64,000 nt of DNA from Prevotella sp. Lineage in GTDB: Bacteria > Bacteroidota > Bacteroidia > Bacteroidales > Dysgonomonadaceae. The notes beneath the pieces were generated by a model. That model was not told the DNA's origin. It saw only the letters and a program-made list of their open reading frames with translations, and searched no databases. Shown here in pieces: positions 10,189 to 19,511 of the stretch. The stretch's first letter is position 1; each line of letters starts with the position of its first letter. Both the position numbers and the translations under genes were made by a program. The DNA lies in assembly GCA_031285625.1 (NCBI GenBank), contig JAITVV010000017.1:62945-126944 (forward strand), read 5' to 3'.

Positions 10189-11103
10189 TGTCAATTCGCC
10201 TAAAGTCGGATTAAATGTAGCACTGGATGCAAATTTACCTAAGGTTCCCTTGAGAGTAATATTCTTACCTCCTTCAAAGTCACCTTTATAAATTACCCTC
10301 TCACCTAATATTTCGGTGCTGGATACTGTTCGTTTTATAAATACCAATTTTACAGTAACATCCTTCGATGCAGATACAACCTTACCAGACAGCCTCTTGT
10401 TTGTTCTAAAGTTAGTATCAGAAGTAGCAGTTCGCGATTGCTCCGGTATCGCAACATTTTCATAGCTCTTCGATGGAATACCTTCGGCAATACTAAATCC
10501 ATAATAAAAAGGATTTACTGTGCATTCGATTGTATTTGTACCTTCAGGTAAAAAACATATATCTGCATCAGTAACTTCAATATCTACTACAGACCACATT
10601 GGTTGTAATGTAATATCCATTTTCACATTATTTGTCAAACCAGCAGAAAAACTAGCTTTTTCATAATATGCATATAGATTGTCTCTACCATAATTGATCC
10701 AACCAACACCTTCAAAATAGTCGGAATAAAAATTGAAATCATCCAGATTAACGTCAGAATCCCAAGGACTCCAAGGTGCTCCAGGACCAGGTGAAGTAAT
10801 CGTAGACGGAACTGAGAGAATGGCAATATAGTAATTTCCAGCTGCTACTTCCTCTGTAATTTGTCCAGCTTCAGTTTTCATTACATTACGTGCAACAGCC
10901 TTTCCACTCTCTTTTTCATATATGGTATAATAACAATAATTACTATGCGTTTCCGCCTTTAAAGGCCGGGCATATACTTCAAAAGTTGAAACATTGAATG
11001 TAACTTTGTATGTTTTTCCTTCTGGAATAGTAGCATCATCTGAATCGCTGCTACAAGATGCGAACAAGATAGTTGCAAATAAAAAGAAAAATAACTTTTT
11101 CAT
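10162..11103 (-). CDS. surface lipoprotein, paralog 2 of a tandem triplet
   Basis: lipobox LFASC-SSDSDD; same conserved blocks. Confidence 0.75.
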   Translation of the reverse strand: MKKLFFFLFATILFASCSSDSDDATIPEGKTYKVTFNVSTFEVYARPLKAETHSNYCYYTIYEKESGKAVARNVMKTEAGQITEEVAAGNYYIAILSVPSTITSPGPGAPWSPWDSDVNLDDFNFYSDYFEGVGWINYGRDNLYAYYEKASFSAGLTNNVKMDITLQPMWSVVDIEVTDADICFLPEGTNTIECTVNPFYYGFSIAEGIPSKSYENVAIPEQSRTATSDTNFRTNKRLSGKVVSASKDVTVKLVFIKRTVSSTEILGERVIYKGDFEGGKNITLKGTLGKFASSATFNPTLGELTDGGVIPFN

Positions 11104-11154
11104 ATTATAAATAGTTTGTAAAGGTTATTAATTGAAAGGAATTACTCCTCCATC
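11048..11154. repeat. junction direct repeat, copy 2
   Basis: see 10082-10188. Confidence 0.85.
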
Positions 11155-12054
11155 CGTTAAGTCTGCTAAAGATAAATTAAATGAAGCGTTTGATTCAATA
11201 CTACCCAAACTTCCGTTAAATGTTATATATTTACCCTTTTCAATATCTCCGGTATATATCACTTTTTCACTCAGAACTGTTCCATTATTTGTCATACATA
11301 CAAATTTTACAGTAGCATCTTTGGTGTAAGAAACAATTATGCTTTCCATACCTCCTTCTGAACGGAACTTAGCTACAGGTACTGGAAGATCACTACCTAA
11401 ACCTGGGCTAGCTTCATATTTTTGTGATGAAACCCCATCTTTCAATCTGAATCCATAGTAGTAAGGGCTAACCACACATTGAACATAAGTTGTCCCTTCT
11501 GGTAAATAACATACATCAGCATCTGATACTTTGATATTCAGATGAGACCACATAGGGTTAAGCACAACATCATTCACTTCGGTAGCACTCTCTCCAGCAG
11601 TAAATGCAAGTTTTTCATAATAAATACCCACATTGTCATGTCCTCTCGAAATCCATGTATTTCCAAGGCAATAATCTGTATTAATATTAGACAAATCAGC
11701 CAGAACTACAGGCATATTATTAAAGCTGGATGCTGACACTATAGCTATCCAATAATTTCCAGCTGATACTTCCCCTTCAATTTCAACATTAGCAGGATCA
11801 AATGATCCAGTCTCCATAAGCTTAGATTTCACCAATTCTCCACTCGCTTTATAGATCGCATATTGGCAATAATTTGATGTAGGCCAGTAATCAGTGTTTT
11901 CAGCTTTCAGCGAAGAAATGTCAGATGTAAAGTTTGATACATTAAATTTTACTTTATAAGTTTTTCCATTATCCACAGGATCGGATTCATCGCTGCTGCT
12001 ACAGGAGGCAAATAATACGGTAGCCACAGTCAAAAAGAAAAATAGTTTTTTCAT
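11128..12054 (-). CDS. surface lipoprotein, paralog 1 of a tandem triplet
   Basis: lipobox LFASC-SSSDESD; same conserved blocks. Confidence 0.75.
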   Translation of the reverse strand: MKKLFFFLTVATVLFASCSSSDESDPVDNGKTYKVKFNVSNFTSDISSLKAENTDYWPTSNYCQYAIYKASGELVKSKLMETGSFDPANVEIEGEVSAGNYWIAIVSASSFNNMPVVLADLSNINTDYCLGNTWISRGHDNVGIYYEKLAFTAGESATEVNDVVLNPMWSHLNIKVSDADVCYLPEGTTYVQCVVSPYYYGFRLKDGVSSQKYEASPGLGSDLPVPVAKFRSEGGMESIIVSYTKDATVKFVCMTNNGTVLSEKVIYTGDIEKGKYITFNGSLGSIESNASFNLSLADLTDGGVIPFN

Positions 12055-12315
12055 TTGTAGTAAGTTTGTTCGTTAATAAGTTATTCTGGACGTAAATATT
12101 GGTAATTGTCGTTGCTATAAAATAAGTAGATTTTATGGTAACATCTTTTGAATAGTTTATTCAGCTTGAATGCATTAAAGTTTGTATTTTCATAATTGTT
12201 AATTCAACCTTATAAAGGTAGATATTAAATTTTGATTTAAATAAGATTTATACGTATATTTTATTTTTAACGCAAAATATAAGTGTAAGTATGAGTCATT
12301 TAAGTAAAAAACAAA

Positions 12316-12351
12316 TAGGGAGTAAGAATATTTAATCCTTACTCCCTTATT
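12316..12351 (-). terminator. probable intrinsic terminator
   Basis: GGGAGTAAG...CTTACTCCC stem downstream of the 12375 gene, with an A-rich flank on + (U-tract on -). Confidence 0.6.
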
Positions 12352-12374
12352 ATTCTCATAATAAAATATTATAT

Positions 12375-13436
12375 CTATTTTGTTCTGTACTTACTCAGAA
12401 TAGCCAACACTTCATCGGTAACATTTCCAAATATAGATACACCGGAAGCACCGTTATCAAGAGCATACTTTATTCCTTCTTCCAATTCCTGATTATTCTT
12501 AAAGTCCGGCATATACAATCCGGCATAAAGAGGAAAACGTCCATCTATTCCCCGAAGTCCCTGCTTTACTGCATCGCCTATCCATGGGACATCTTCTTTG
12601 TAAAACCCATGATAAATCATTGGATAAACAGCATTCAACGGCCAGTTAGTCCAATCCTGCCTAACCAATCGCTTCGCAACATCCGGAGTAGGGAAAACCG
12701 CAGCAGTGAGTGGTTTGTGATGAGCTTTTGCAACTTCACCTATCTGGTTCACAATATTTGTTACAGCATCATATCTGAATGATTTCCACGAAAGGTTCTC
12801 CTGCGGATATTGTATAGAATCTATATCTTTATGATATTTTTCTTTGAATTTAGCCTTGCAAACATCACAGTAACAAAAGTCGTATTCGGGCAACTCCTGA
12901 GTTTGTACAATATCATATACAGCCCATAAGTTAACAGCTAATATAACATCACTAAACCTCACATAATCCATATGTATGCCATCTACATAATCTTTAGATA
13001 AAGTATTCTCTACATCTTTTACTAAAAAGTCAGCCACCTCAGGACGTGAAGGACACATCCAGCGGTAATAGTCAACATAAGGTGGATGATCGGCACAAGA
13101 TTCTCCACTCCTACTTACAGCAGCCCACTCCGGATGAGTCTTTAAGGCATCTCCCCTATTCATGATCCACATCCAACGATGTGCTTCCAAACCTTGAGAT
13201 TTTGCTGCTTTGTAATGCTTTTCGCTATCGGCTTCGAAAAAAATACCGACAATACCTGCTTCATGATATTTCTTATATCTGGCTGCTAATTCATCCTCTT
13301 TATCCGATTCTTGCGGATTCACCCACACCCAGTGTTTATAAATCGACTCATCATTTTTTTTAGCATCTGTTTTTTGATTACAACCTACCAACAGAAAAGG
13401 CAGAAATAATAAGGTTAACAAATAGAACTTACGCAT
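12375..13436 (-). CDS. putative glycoside hydrolase (GHL10/DUF187-like TIM barrel) lipoprotein
   Basis: LVGC lipobox; HRWMW, WMCPSRPEV, DGIHMDYVRF, VRQDW, YPMIYH. Confidence 0.75.
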   Translation of the reverse strand: MRKFYLLTLLFLPFLLVGCNQKTDAKKNDESIYKHWVWVNPQESDKEDELAARYKKYHEAGIVGIFFEADSEKHYKAAKSQGLEAHRWMWIMNRGDALKTHPEWAAVSRSGESCADHPPYVDYYRWMCPSRPEVADFLVKDVENTLSKDYVDGIHMDYVRFSDVILAVNLWAVYDIVQTQELPEYDFCYCDVCKAKFKEKYHKDIDSIQYPQENLSWKSFRYDAVTNIVNQIGEVAKAHHKPLTAAVFPTPDVAKRLVRQDWTNWPLNAVYPMIYHGFYKEDVPWIGDAVKQGLRGIDGRFPLYAGLYMPDFKNNQELEEGIKYALDNGASGVSIFGNVTDEVLAILSKYRTK

Positions 13437-13448
13437 ATTTTAAATATT

Positions 13449-14540
13449 TTAATTTGTGACTAATCCTTCTTCATTTAAGGATACAAATTTACCTAACTCA
13501 TCTTTGATCATTATATCAAACCTGTGATCCGTAGAGATCAAGATCAATTCGTTCATCTTCCCATCGATATCAATGTTTAGATCACTTAATCCCAATTCGC
13601 CCAAAGATTTAGCAAACCTCTTATTTTTATGTCTATAATCTTGTTGCTTGTAGTAGATGAGCCACAGGTATTGCTTTTGTTTCTCACCATATGGTAATTC
13701 AAATTGAGATTGATTGTTTACCCCATTCTTTGTAAATAAAAGATAGCCCCACCTTTCAGGGCGATGCATATCGATAACACCTTGAGGAGACCACACCCAA
13801 TTATTTTCGGGCAATACCTTTCCTTTAACATCTTTACGTTTTATATACTTTCCATCGATTATCTCGGTTTCCCACTGAACCCTGGAAAAATTTATCCGCC
13901 ATAAACTTCCTTCCCTAGGTACATTCACCTCATTACCCATAGTTAGTGCCCGAAATGGAATAGCCATTTCTACCGTCCATCCAGTATCTTCATCATTAGT
14001 ATTATTAATAGTACCTTGAATTTGAACAGCATGTTGCATACCCTGACTATCCCAGCTAAATAGTGCTGATCCTCCGTTTCGATATGGCTTATACAAGAAC
14101 AAATCAAATATGGTATTCAGAGCATTTACTTCAATCTCAAAATAATTATGAGCACTATTCAACGGATCGATAAAAACCTCAAAATCATTATCAAAAAACA
14201 CTATTTCATCCCTTTTGGTTAATGTAGCCCAAACATGTGGATCCTTCAACTCTGCTGCTATATAAAGATTTGAGTTATCCCACAACATCTTTACACGTGT
14301 TTCATGATAGGGTTTTGGCCTGATATCACCTTCAATATCCTGAAAATAGTCTGTCCAGGACGCATTTCCCCAAACCACATCATTTATATGGCCATCTATT
14401 ATAGGTGGACTATCAGTATACCTTATTGTATAATTTGCCGGAACAGTAAATAAACTACTATATTCGTTAAAAACGACCTGTGCTGAACCAATCAGCGAAA
14501 ACAAACATAAAAAAGACAGAGTAATAAATCTAAAAAACAT
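13449..14540 (-). CDS. carbohydrate-binding family 9-like protein
   Basis: signal peptide; PIIDGHINDVVW, TRVKMLWD, DNDFEVFIDP, WTVEMAIP, WRINFSRV, MHRPERWG. Confidence 0.85.
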   Translation of the reverse strand: MFFRFITLSFLCLFSLIGSAQVVFNEYSSLFTVPANYTIRYTDSPPIIDGHINDVVWGNASWTDYFQDIEGDIRPKPYHETRVKMLWDNSNLYIAAELKDPHVWATLTKRDEIVFFDNDFEVFIDPLNSAHNYFEIEVNALNTIFDLFLYKPYRNGGSALFSWDSQGMQHAVQIQGTINNTNDEDTGWTVEMAIPFRALTMGNEVNVPREGSLWRINFSRVQWETEIIDGKYIKRKDVKGKVLPENNWVWSPQGVIDMHRPERWGYLLFTKNGVNNQSQFELPYGEKQKQYLWLIYYKQQDYRHKNKRFAKSLGELGLSDLNIDIDGKMNELILISTDHRFDIMIKDELGKFVSLNEEGLVTN

Positions 14541-14548
14541 TTCAATTA

Positions 14549-15235
14549 TTAAAATTTAAGAAGTTCGCGCAATTCGGCAACACCATCTGATGCGCCTTTG
14601 TGTATAAAGTGAATTCCTTTTTGGGTTGCTTTTACTTCATTTGGATCTATTAAAAAGATAGGGATACCCGGCTCTATATAATTCAGCAAACCGGCTGCCG
14701 GATAGACATTCAGCGATGTACCAATCACAACCAGATAGTCAGCAGTCTGCACCACCTTCATCGCTTTTTCAATCATAGGTACCGCTTCTCCAAACCAAAC
14801 AATATGAGGACGTAGTTGAGAACCTTTCTCACACTTATCACCCATATGAATTTCAGAGTTATCCGTAGTAAGCGTATAGATCAATGACGGATCCATTGTA
14901 GAGCGCACTTTGCTTAACTCTCCATGCAAATGAATAACATTCGTACTACCTGCTCTTTCATGCAGGTCATCAACATTTTGTGTGATAATAGAAATTTTAT
15001 AATCAGCCTCCATTTCAGCCAAGCCAATATGACCAAGATTAGGTTTTGCATCAAACGCAGCCTTGCGTCTCTCGTTATAAAAATTAAGTACTAATTCAGG
15101 ATCTCGCCGGAATCCTTCGGGCGTTGCAACATCCTCTATAGCATATTGCTCCCAAAGCCCGCCTGAATCGCGAAAAGTAGCTATTCCACTCTCTGCGCTC
15201 ATTCCAGCTCCTGTTAAAACGACAATATGTTTCAT
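14549..15235 (-). CDS. cobB: NAD-dependent protein deacylase (sirtuin)
   Basis: GAGMSAESGIATFR, FYNERR, TQNVDDLHERAG, HLHGE, RPHIVWFGE, GTSLNVYPAAGL. Confidence 0.93.
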   Translation of the reverse strand: MKHIVVLTGAGMSAESGIATFRDSGGLWEQYAIEDVATPEGFRRDPELVLNFYNERRKAAFDAKPNLGHIGLAEMEADYKISIITQNVDDLHERAGSTNVIHLHGELSKVRSTMDPSLIYTLTTDNSEIHMGDKCEKGSQLRPHIVWFGEAVPMIEKAMKVVQTADYLVVIGTSLNVYPAAGLLNYIEPGIPIFLIDPNEVKATQKGIHFIHKGASDGVAELRELLKF

Positions 15236-15315
15236 AAACTATTAAAAAATGTAAGTATCACGTACAAATATAGTTTTTTAAAGGGTAAATTTTATTAAAG
15301 TATCATGAAAAGAAT

Positions 15316-15390
15316 TACTTTTGTTGGCAAATTCAATTAAACTGTTAGCCTCAATAATTTGATCCATATCAAATTGATTTACAAGGCTAA
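15316..15390 (+). promoter_or_regulatory. -7 promoter element and structured 5' leader of the FKBP operon
   Basis: TACTTTTG at 15316-15323; nested hairpin TTAGCCT..AATTTGAT-ccat-ATCAAATT..AGGCTAA at 15345-15390. Confidence 0.5.
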
Positions 15391-15409
15391 TAAATAAAAC
15401 AAAAAATAT

Positions 15410-15997
15410 ATGGATAAAATCAGTTACGCTTTAGGTTTAAGCATTGGAAATAACTTTCTAAGTTCAGGCATCAAAAATGTTGATTTCGAAGCCTTTCTAA
15501 AAGGGATGAAAGATGTTATCAATGAAACCACACCTGCTATGAGTTATGAGGAAGCTAAAGAAGTAATGAATGACTATTTCTCTAAGTTACAAGATGAAAG
15601 ATTGGAAGTTAACCAAAAAGCCGGTGAAGAATTCTTAGCTATAAATAAAAATAAACCGGGAGTAGTAACATTACCTAGCGGATTACAATATGAAATACTG
15701 AAAAAAGGAGATGGTCCAATTCCGGTCCTCACTGATCAGGTAAAATGTCACTACCATGGTACACTTATCGATGGCACAGTATTCGACAGTTCTGTTGAAC
15801 GTGGACAGCCTGCAACATTTGGTGTTAATCAGGTAATTCCGGGATGGGTTGAAGCATTACAACTAATGCCTGTAGGTTCTAAGTGGAAATTATTTATTCC
15901 TTCAAACCTGGCTTATGGTAAATCAGGTGCAGGTCAAATGATAGAGCCCAATTCTGCATTAATATTCGAAGTGGAAATTTTAGATATTGTTAAATAA
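15410..15997 (+). CDS. fklB: FKBP-type peptidyl-prolyl isomerase (FklB-like)
   Basis: MDKISYALG, LPSGLQY, HYHGTLIDGTVFDSS, VIPGWVEALQLM, IPSNLAYG. Confidence 0.9.
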   Translation: MDKISYALGLSIGNNFLSSGIKNVDFEAFLKGMKDVINETTPAMSYEEAKEVMNDYFSKLQDERLEVNQKAGEEFLAINKNKPGVVTLPSGLQYEILKKGDGPIPVLTDQVKCHYHGTLIDGTVFDSSVERGQPATFGVNQVIPGWVEALQLMPVGSKWKLFIPSNLAYGKSGAGQMIEPNSALIFEVEILDIVK

Positions 15998-16013
15998 TAA
16001 TTCAGTAAAAAAA

Positions 16014-17042
16014 ATGAAAAAAATTCAAGTTGTGGCTCTTTGCACTTTTGTTGCTTTCGGAGCTTTATTTACATCTTGTGGAGGAAATGTTTCGACAAAC
16101 GTTTCTCTTAAGACAGATCTTGACACTCTTTCTTATGCTTTTGGTGCCAGCCTATATGAGCAGGGACTTTCTATGCACCTCCAACAATTAGGTGTTGTTA
16201 GTGATACCATGGTAGTGAAAGGTGATTACATGAGAAGAATACAAGCAGAGGCTGATGCACAGAAGAAAACTGCATTAGAAAAAGAAATGAAGACTAAAAT
16301 AGACTCTGTAGTAAAAGCAAATAACAGAAATATCTCAGAATTCCTGAATGGAGTAAAAGAAAGCTTAAGTGCTCCGGAATCAAAATCAGCATATATGGCT
16401 GGTGTATCGGTAGGCGGACAGATTGCAAAACAGATGATGCCCGGTATGATCCAACAGATCTATGGTGCTAATGCAAAAGAAAAATTCGACAATGACATCT
16501 TCCTTGCAGCAATGGCAACAGCTATGAAAAATGGTAAATTTGCCGTTAGTGATCCTTCTACTGTATTTAATATGAAAATGCAGGAAGCTCAGACAAAAGC
16601 GCAAGCCAGACAAGAAGAAGATTTGAAAAAAGAATATGCTTCTCAGATAGCTGAAGGTGAGAAATTCCTTGCAGAGAATAAAACAAAAGAAGGAGTAGTT
16701 ACTCTTCCTGACGGACTACAGTATAAAATAATAAAAGAAGGTAATGGTCCTAAACCAACAGAATCTGATGTAGTAAAAGTGCACTACCACGGTACGCTTC
16801 TTGATGGTACAGTGTTTGATAGTTCTGTAGAAAGAAAAGAACCAGCAACATTCAATGTAAACAGGGTAATAAAAGGATGGACAGAAGCATTACAACTAAT
16901 GCCTGCCGGATCGAAATGGATTGTTTATATTCCATACGACCTAGCATATGGAGCACGTGGAGGTGGTGAAAAAATCAAACCTTTCTCTACACTTGTTTTC
17001 GAAGTAGAGTTACTTGAAGTTAATCCGAAACCTGCAGGATAA
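16014..17042 (+). CDS. FKBP-type peptidyl-prolyl isomerase, lipoprotein with extended N-terminal domain
   Basis: LFTSC lipobox, DTLSYAFG, C-terminal FKBP domain; ATG 16014 preferred over TTG 15987. Confidence 0.9.
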   Translation: MKKIQVVALCTFVAFGALFTSCGGNVSTNVSLKTDLDTLSYAFGASLYEQGLSMHLQQLGVVSDTMVVKGDYMRRIQAEADAQKKTALEKEMKTKIDSVVKANNRNISEFLNGVKESLSAPESKSAYMAGVSVGGQIAKQMMPGMIQQIYGANAKEKFDNDIFLAAMATAMKNGKFAVSDPSTVFNMKMQEAQTKAQARQEEDLKKEYASQIAEGEKFLAENKTKEGVVTLPDGLQYKIIKEGNGPKPTESDVVKVHYHGTLLDGTVFDSSVERKEPATFNVNRVIKGWTEALQLMPAGSKWIVYIPYDLAYGARGGGEKIKPFSTLVFEVELLEVNPKPAG

Positions 17043-17166
17043 TTAGTTAAAAAAGCCGTATCAGATAATAATTTGGCAGAACATTTCTATTTTTCAGAGC
17101 AAAAAGCATGTTAATTGTAAAAAATATCATATATTTGAGATGCAATAACGATAAAAAGCTCATATT

Positions 17167-17631
17167 ATGCAAAAAATTGACAAACTTGATAAAAAGATTT
17201 TAGAGATCATCTCTCAGAATGCCAGGATTCCCTTCAAGGATGTGGCACTTGAGTGTGGTGTTTCTCGTGCTGCCATCCATCAGCGTGTACAACGTATGAT
17301 AGAGATGGATGTGATTGTTGGTTCCGGTTATTTTGTTAACCCAAAAGTCTTAGGTTATAATACTTGTACATATATAGGAGTTAAACTCGAAAGAGGTTCG
17401 ATGTATAAAACAGTAATACCTGAACTAGACAAAATACCAGAAATAGTTGAATCTCATTTTACAACAGGGCCTTATACAATCCTTATCAAGCTTTATGCCA
17501 GAGATAATGAGCATTTAATGGATTTGCTTAACAATAAAATACAGGATATCCCAGGTGTTGTTGCTACCGAAACAATGATTTCGTTGAGTCAGGGAGTAAA
17601 ACGCCAAATCCCGATATCTAAATCTGAATAA
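17167..17631 (+). CDS. asnC: Lrp/AsnC family transcriptional regulator
   Basis: IDKLDKKIL..NARIPF HTH, HFTTGPY, IPGVVATET. Confidence 0.9.
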   Translation: MQKIDKLDKKILEIISQNARIPFKDVALECGVSRAAIHQRVQRMIEMDVIVGSGYFVNPKVLGYNTCTYIGVKLERGSMYKTVIPELDKIPEIVESHFTTGPYTILIKLYARDNEHLMDLLNNKIQDIPGVVATETMISLSQGVKRQIPISKSE

Positions 17632-17662
17632 TCAAGCCAAGTTATATTCAATTCTATATGAG

Positions 17663-17696
17663 AAGGATAACTACCAAAATGTAGTTATCCTTTTTC
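17663..17696 (+). terminator. intrinsic terminator
   Basis: AAGGATAACTAC-caaaat-GTAGTTATCCTTTTT. Confidence 0.8.
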
Positions 17697-17792
17697 ATTT
17701 ATCTTATTATAACTTAAATATGTGTTGTAAAAGAAATGAAACACACATTTTTTTAATATTTTTGTACCTCTGTTCGATAAGAATAAGTACAT

Positions 17793-18419
17793 ATGAAGAA
17801 AGAAAATATCATATTAAGATTATTGAAAAATATTTATTTTAAGAATCTATTACTTATGGCAGGTGCAGTTGTTGTACTTGTAGTCATTGTATTGATTCTT
17901 CTAAACTTTTACACAAAACATAACGAATCGATCACAGTTCCCACCGTTAAAGGATTGCAAGTGCAAGAAGCATCAGGAATACTATCCTCATCTGATCTAA
18001 AATATGAAATAAGTGATTCTATATATCAGGCAGAAGGTGCAGCACCCGGCTCTATTATAGAGCAGATACCGAAAGAACAATCGAAAGTAAAAAAAGGGCG
18101 CACTGTGTTCCTCGTTATAAAAGCTAAAAGCGAGCAGATGGTAGCCGTACCTGAACTTAAAGATTACTCGCGACGCCAAGCAGAAGCTCAACTTAATTCA
18201 CTGGGCTTTTCTAAAATAACAATTCAAGAAGTACCTGCTGCTTACAAAGGATTGGTTATCTCAATTTCTTATAAAGGGAAACAACTCACTCCTAATCAGA
18301 AAATACCAAAAGGGGCTGCCTTACAAATGACAGTGGGTGCCGGAGGCGAGTCATCAGAAGATGACAGTATTTCTGACCAAACAGATTCACAGGATATTGA
18401 AAAATCTTTTTTTGAATAA
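17793..18419 (+). CDS. PASTA domain-containing membrane protein
   Basis: N-terminal TM, YTKH..ITVPTVKG, PGSIIEQIP..KVKKGRTV, VPELK. Confidence 0.88.
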   Translation: MKKENIILRLLKNIYFKNLLLMAGAVVVLVVIVLILLNFYTKHNESITVPTVKGLQVQEASGILSSSDLKYEISDSIYQAEGAAPGSIIEQIPKEQSKVKKGRTVFLVIKAKSEQMVAVPELKDYSRRQAEAQLNSLGFSKITIQEVPAAYKGLVISISYKGKQLTPNQKIPKGAALQMTVGAGGESSEDDSISDQTDSQDIEKSFFE

Positions 18420-19486
18420 TGATTGATGACTCATTCGATGATATCGAAGATATTTCGGAAGACGATTTTGCAGAAGAACAAAATTCCGAACTTTATGAAC
18501 ATTATCGGTTTGTAGCTGATAAGGGGCAGGGAATGATACGTGTAGATAAATATCTGGCGATGCATATCGTTGGTGTGTCACGTAACCGCATTCAGCAGGC
18601 AGCTGAAGCCGATTGCATTCTGGTTAATGATGTTCCTGTAAAATCTAATTACCGGATTAAGCCCCTCGATACTATCTCTGTGGTAATGAATCGCCCTCCA
18701 CGCGAACTGGAGATTATACCCGAAGATATACCCCTCGACGTCGTTTACGAAGACGATGACCTTATGGTTATCAATAAAGCCCCCGGATTGGTGGTACATC
18801 CCGGATTTGGCAACTACCAGGGAACAATGGTCAATGCTATAGCATACAGGCTTAAAGACACACCGGACTACGATCCGAAAGATCCTCGCTTGGGAATAGT
18901 TCACAGGATAGATAAAGATACCTCTGGACTGATCCTCGTTGCAAAAAATGCCTTTGCCAAGACTCACCTATCAGCCCAGTTTTTCAATAAAACAACAAAA
19001 CGTCAATATGTGGCGCTAGTATGGGGTATTATAAACGAAGATGAAGGACGCATAGAAGGTAATATAGGCCGCAGCCTTAAAGACCGGATGCTGATGACTG
19101 TATTTCCTGATGGAGACTATGGAAAACCAGCAGTTACACATTACAAAGTTTTGGAACGCTTGGGATATGTTACATTGATTCAATGCAGACTTGAAACAGG
19201 GCGTACACACCAGATACGTGTGCATATGAAACATATAGGTCACACCCTCTTCAATGATGAACGTTATGGAGGAAATGAAATTCTGAAAGGAACGAATTTC
19301 TCTAAATATAAACAGTTTGTACAAAATTGCTTCAATATATGCCCACGACAAGCATTACATGCTCAGACTTTGGGATTTGTACATCCCCGTACAGGAGAAG
19401 AACTCTTATTCGAGTCTCCCATACCACCTGATATGAACGAACTTCTTGAAAAATGGCGTGGCTACATTGCCTATAGAGATATTTAG
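18419..19486 (+). CDS. rluD: RluA/RluD family 23S rRNA pseudouridine synthase
   Basis: S4 domain, INKAPGLVVHP, IVHRIDKDTSG, LETGRTHQIRVH, RQALHA. Confidence 0.93.
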   Translation: MIDDSFDDIEDISEDDFAEEQNSELYEHYRFVADKGQGMIRVDKYLAMHIVGVSRNRIQQAAEADCILVNDVPVKSNYRIKPLDTISVVMNRPPRELEIIPEDIPLDVVYEDDDLMVINKAPGLVVHPGFGNYQGTMVNAIAYRLKDTPDYDPKDPRLGIVHRIDKDTSGLILVAKNAFAKTHLSAQFFNKTTKRQYVALVWGIINEDEGRIEGNIGRSLKDRMLMTVFPDGDYGKPAVTHYKVLERLGYVTLIQCRLETGRTHQIRVHMKHIGHTLFNDERYGGNEILKGTNFSKYKQFVQNCFNICPRQALHAQTLGFVHPRTGEELLFESPIPPDMNELLEKWRGYIAYRDI

Positions 19487-19511
19487 AAATACGATAACTA
19501 TTTAGATTAAA

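Noticed and set aside
9184-12054. Diversity-generating retroelement or invertible shufflon behind the lipoprotein variation
   Set aside because: No reverse transcriptase or recombinase in the window, no adenine-specific TR/VR pair seen, and the repeats are direct rather than inverted.
12055-12374. AT-rich intergenic region as a possible invertible promoter
   Set aside because: I could not find convincing flanking inverted repeats; the short AT palindromes are expected by chance.
15410-17631. Tandem FKBP genes plus asnC as a novelty
   Set aside because: This is a common arrangement in Bacteroidales.
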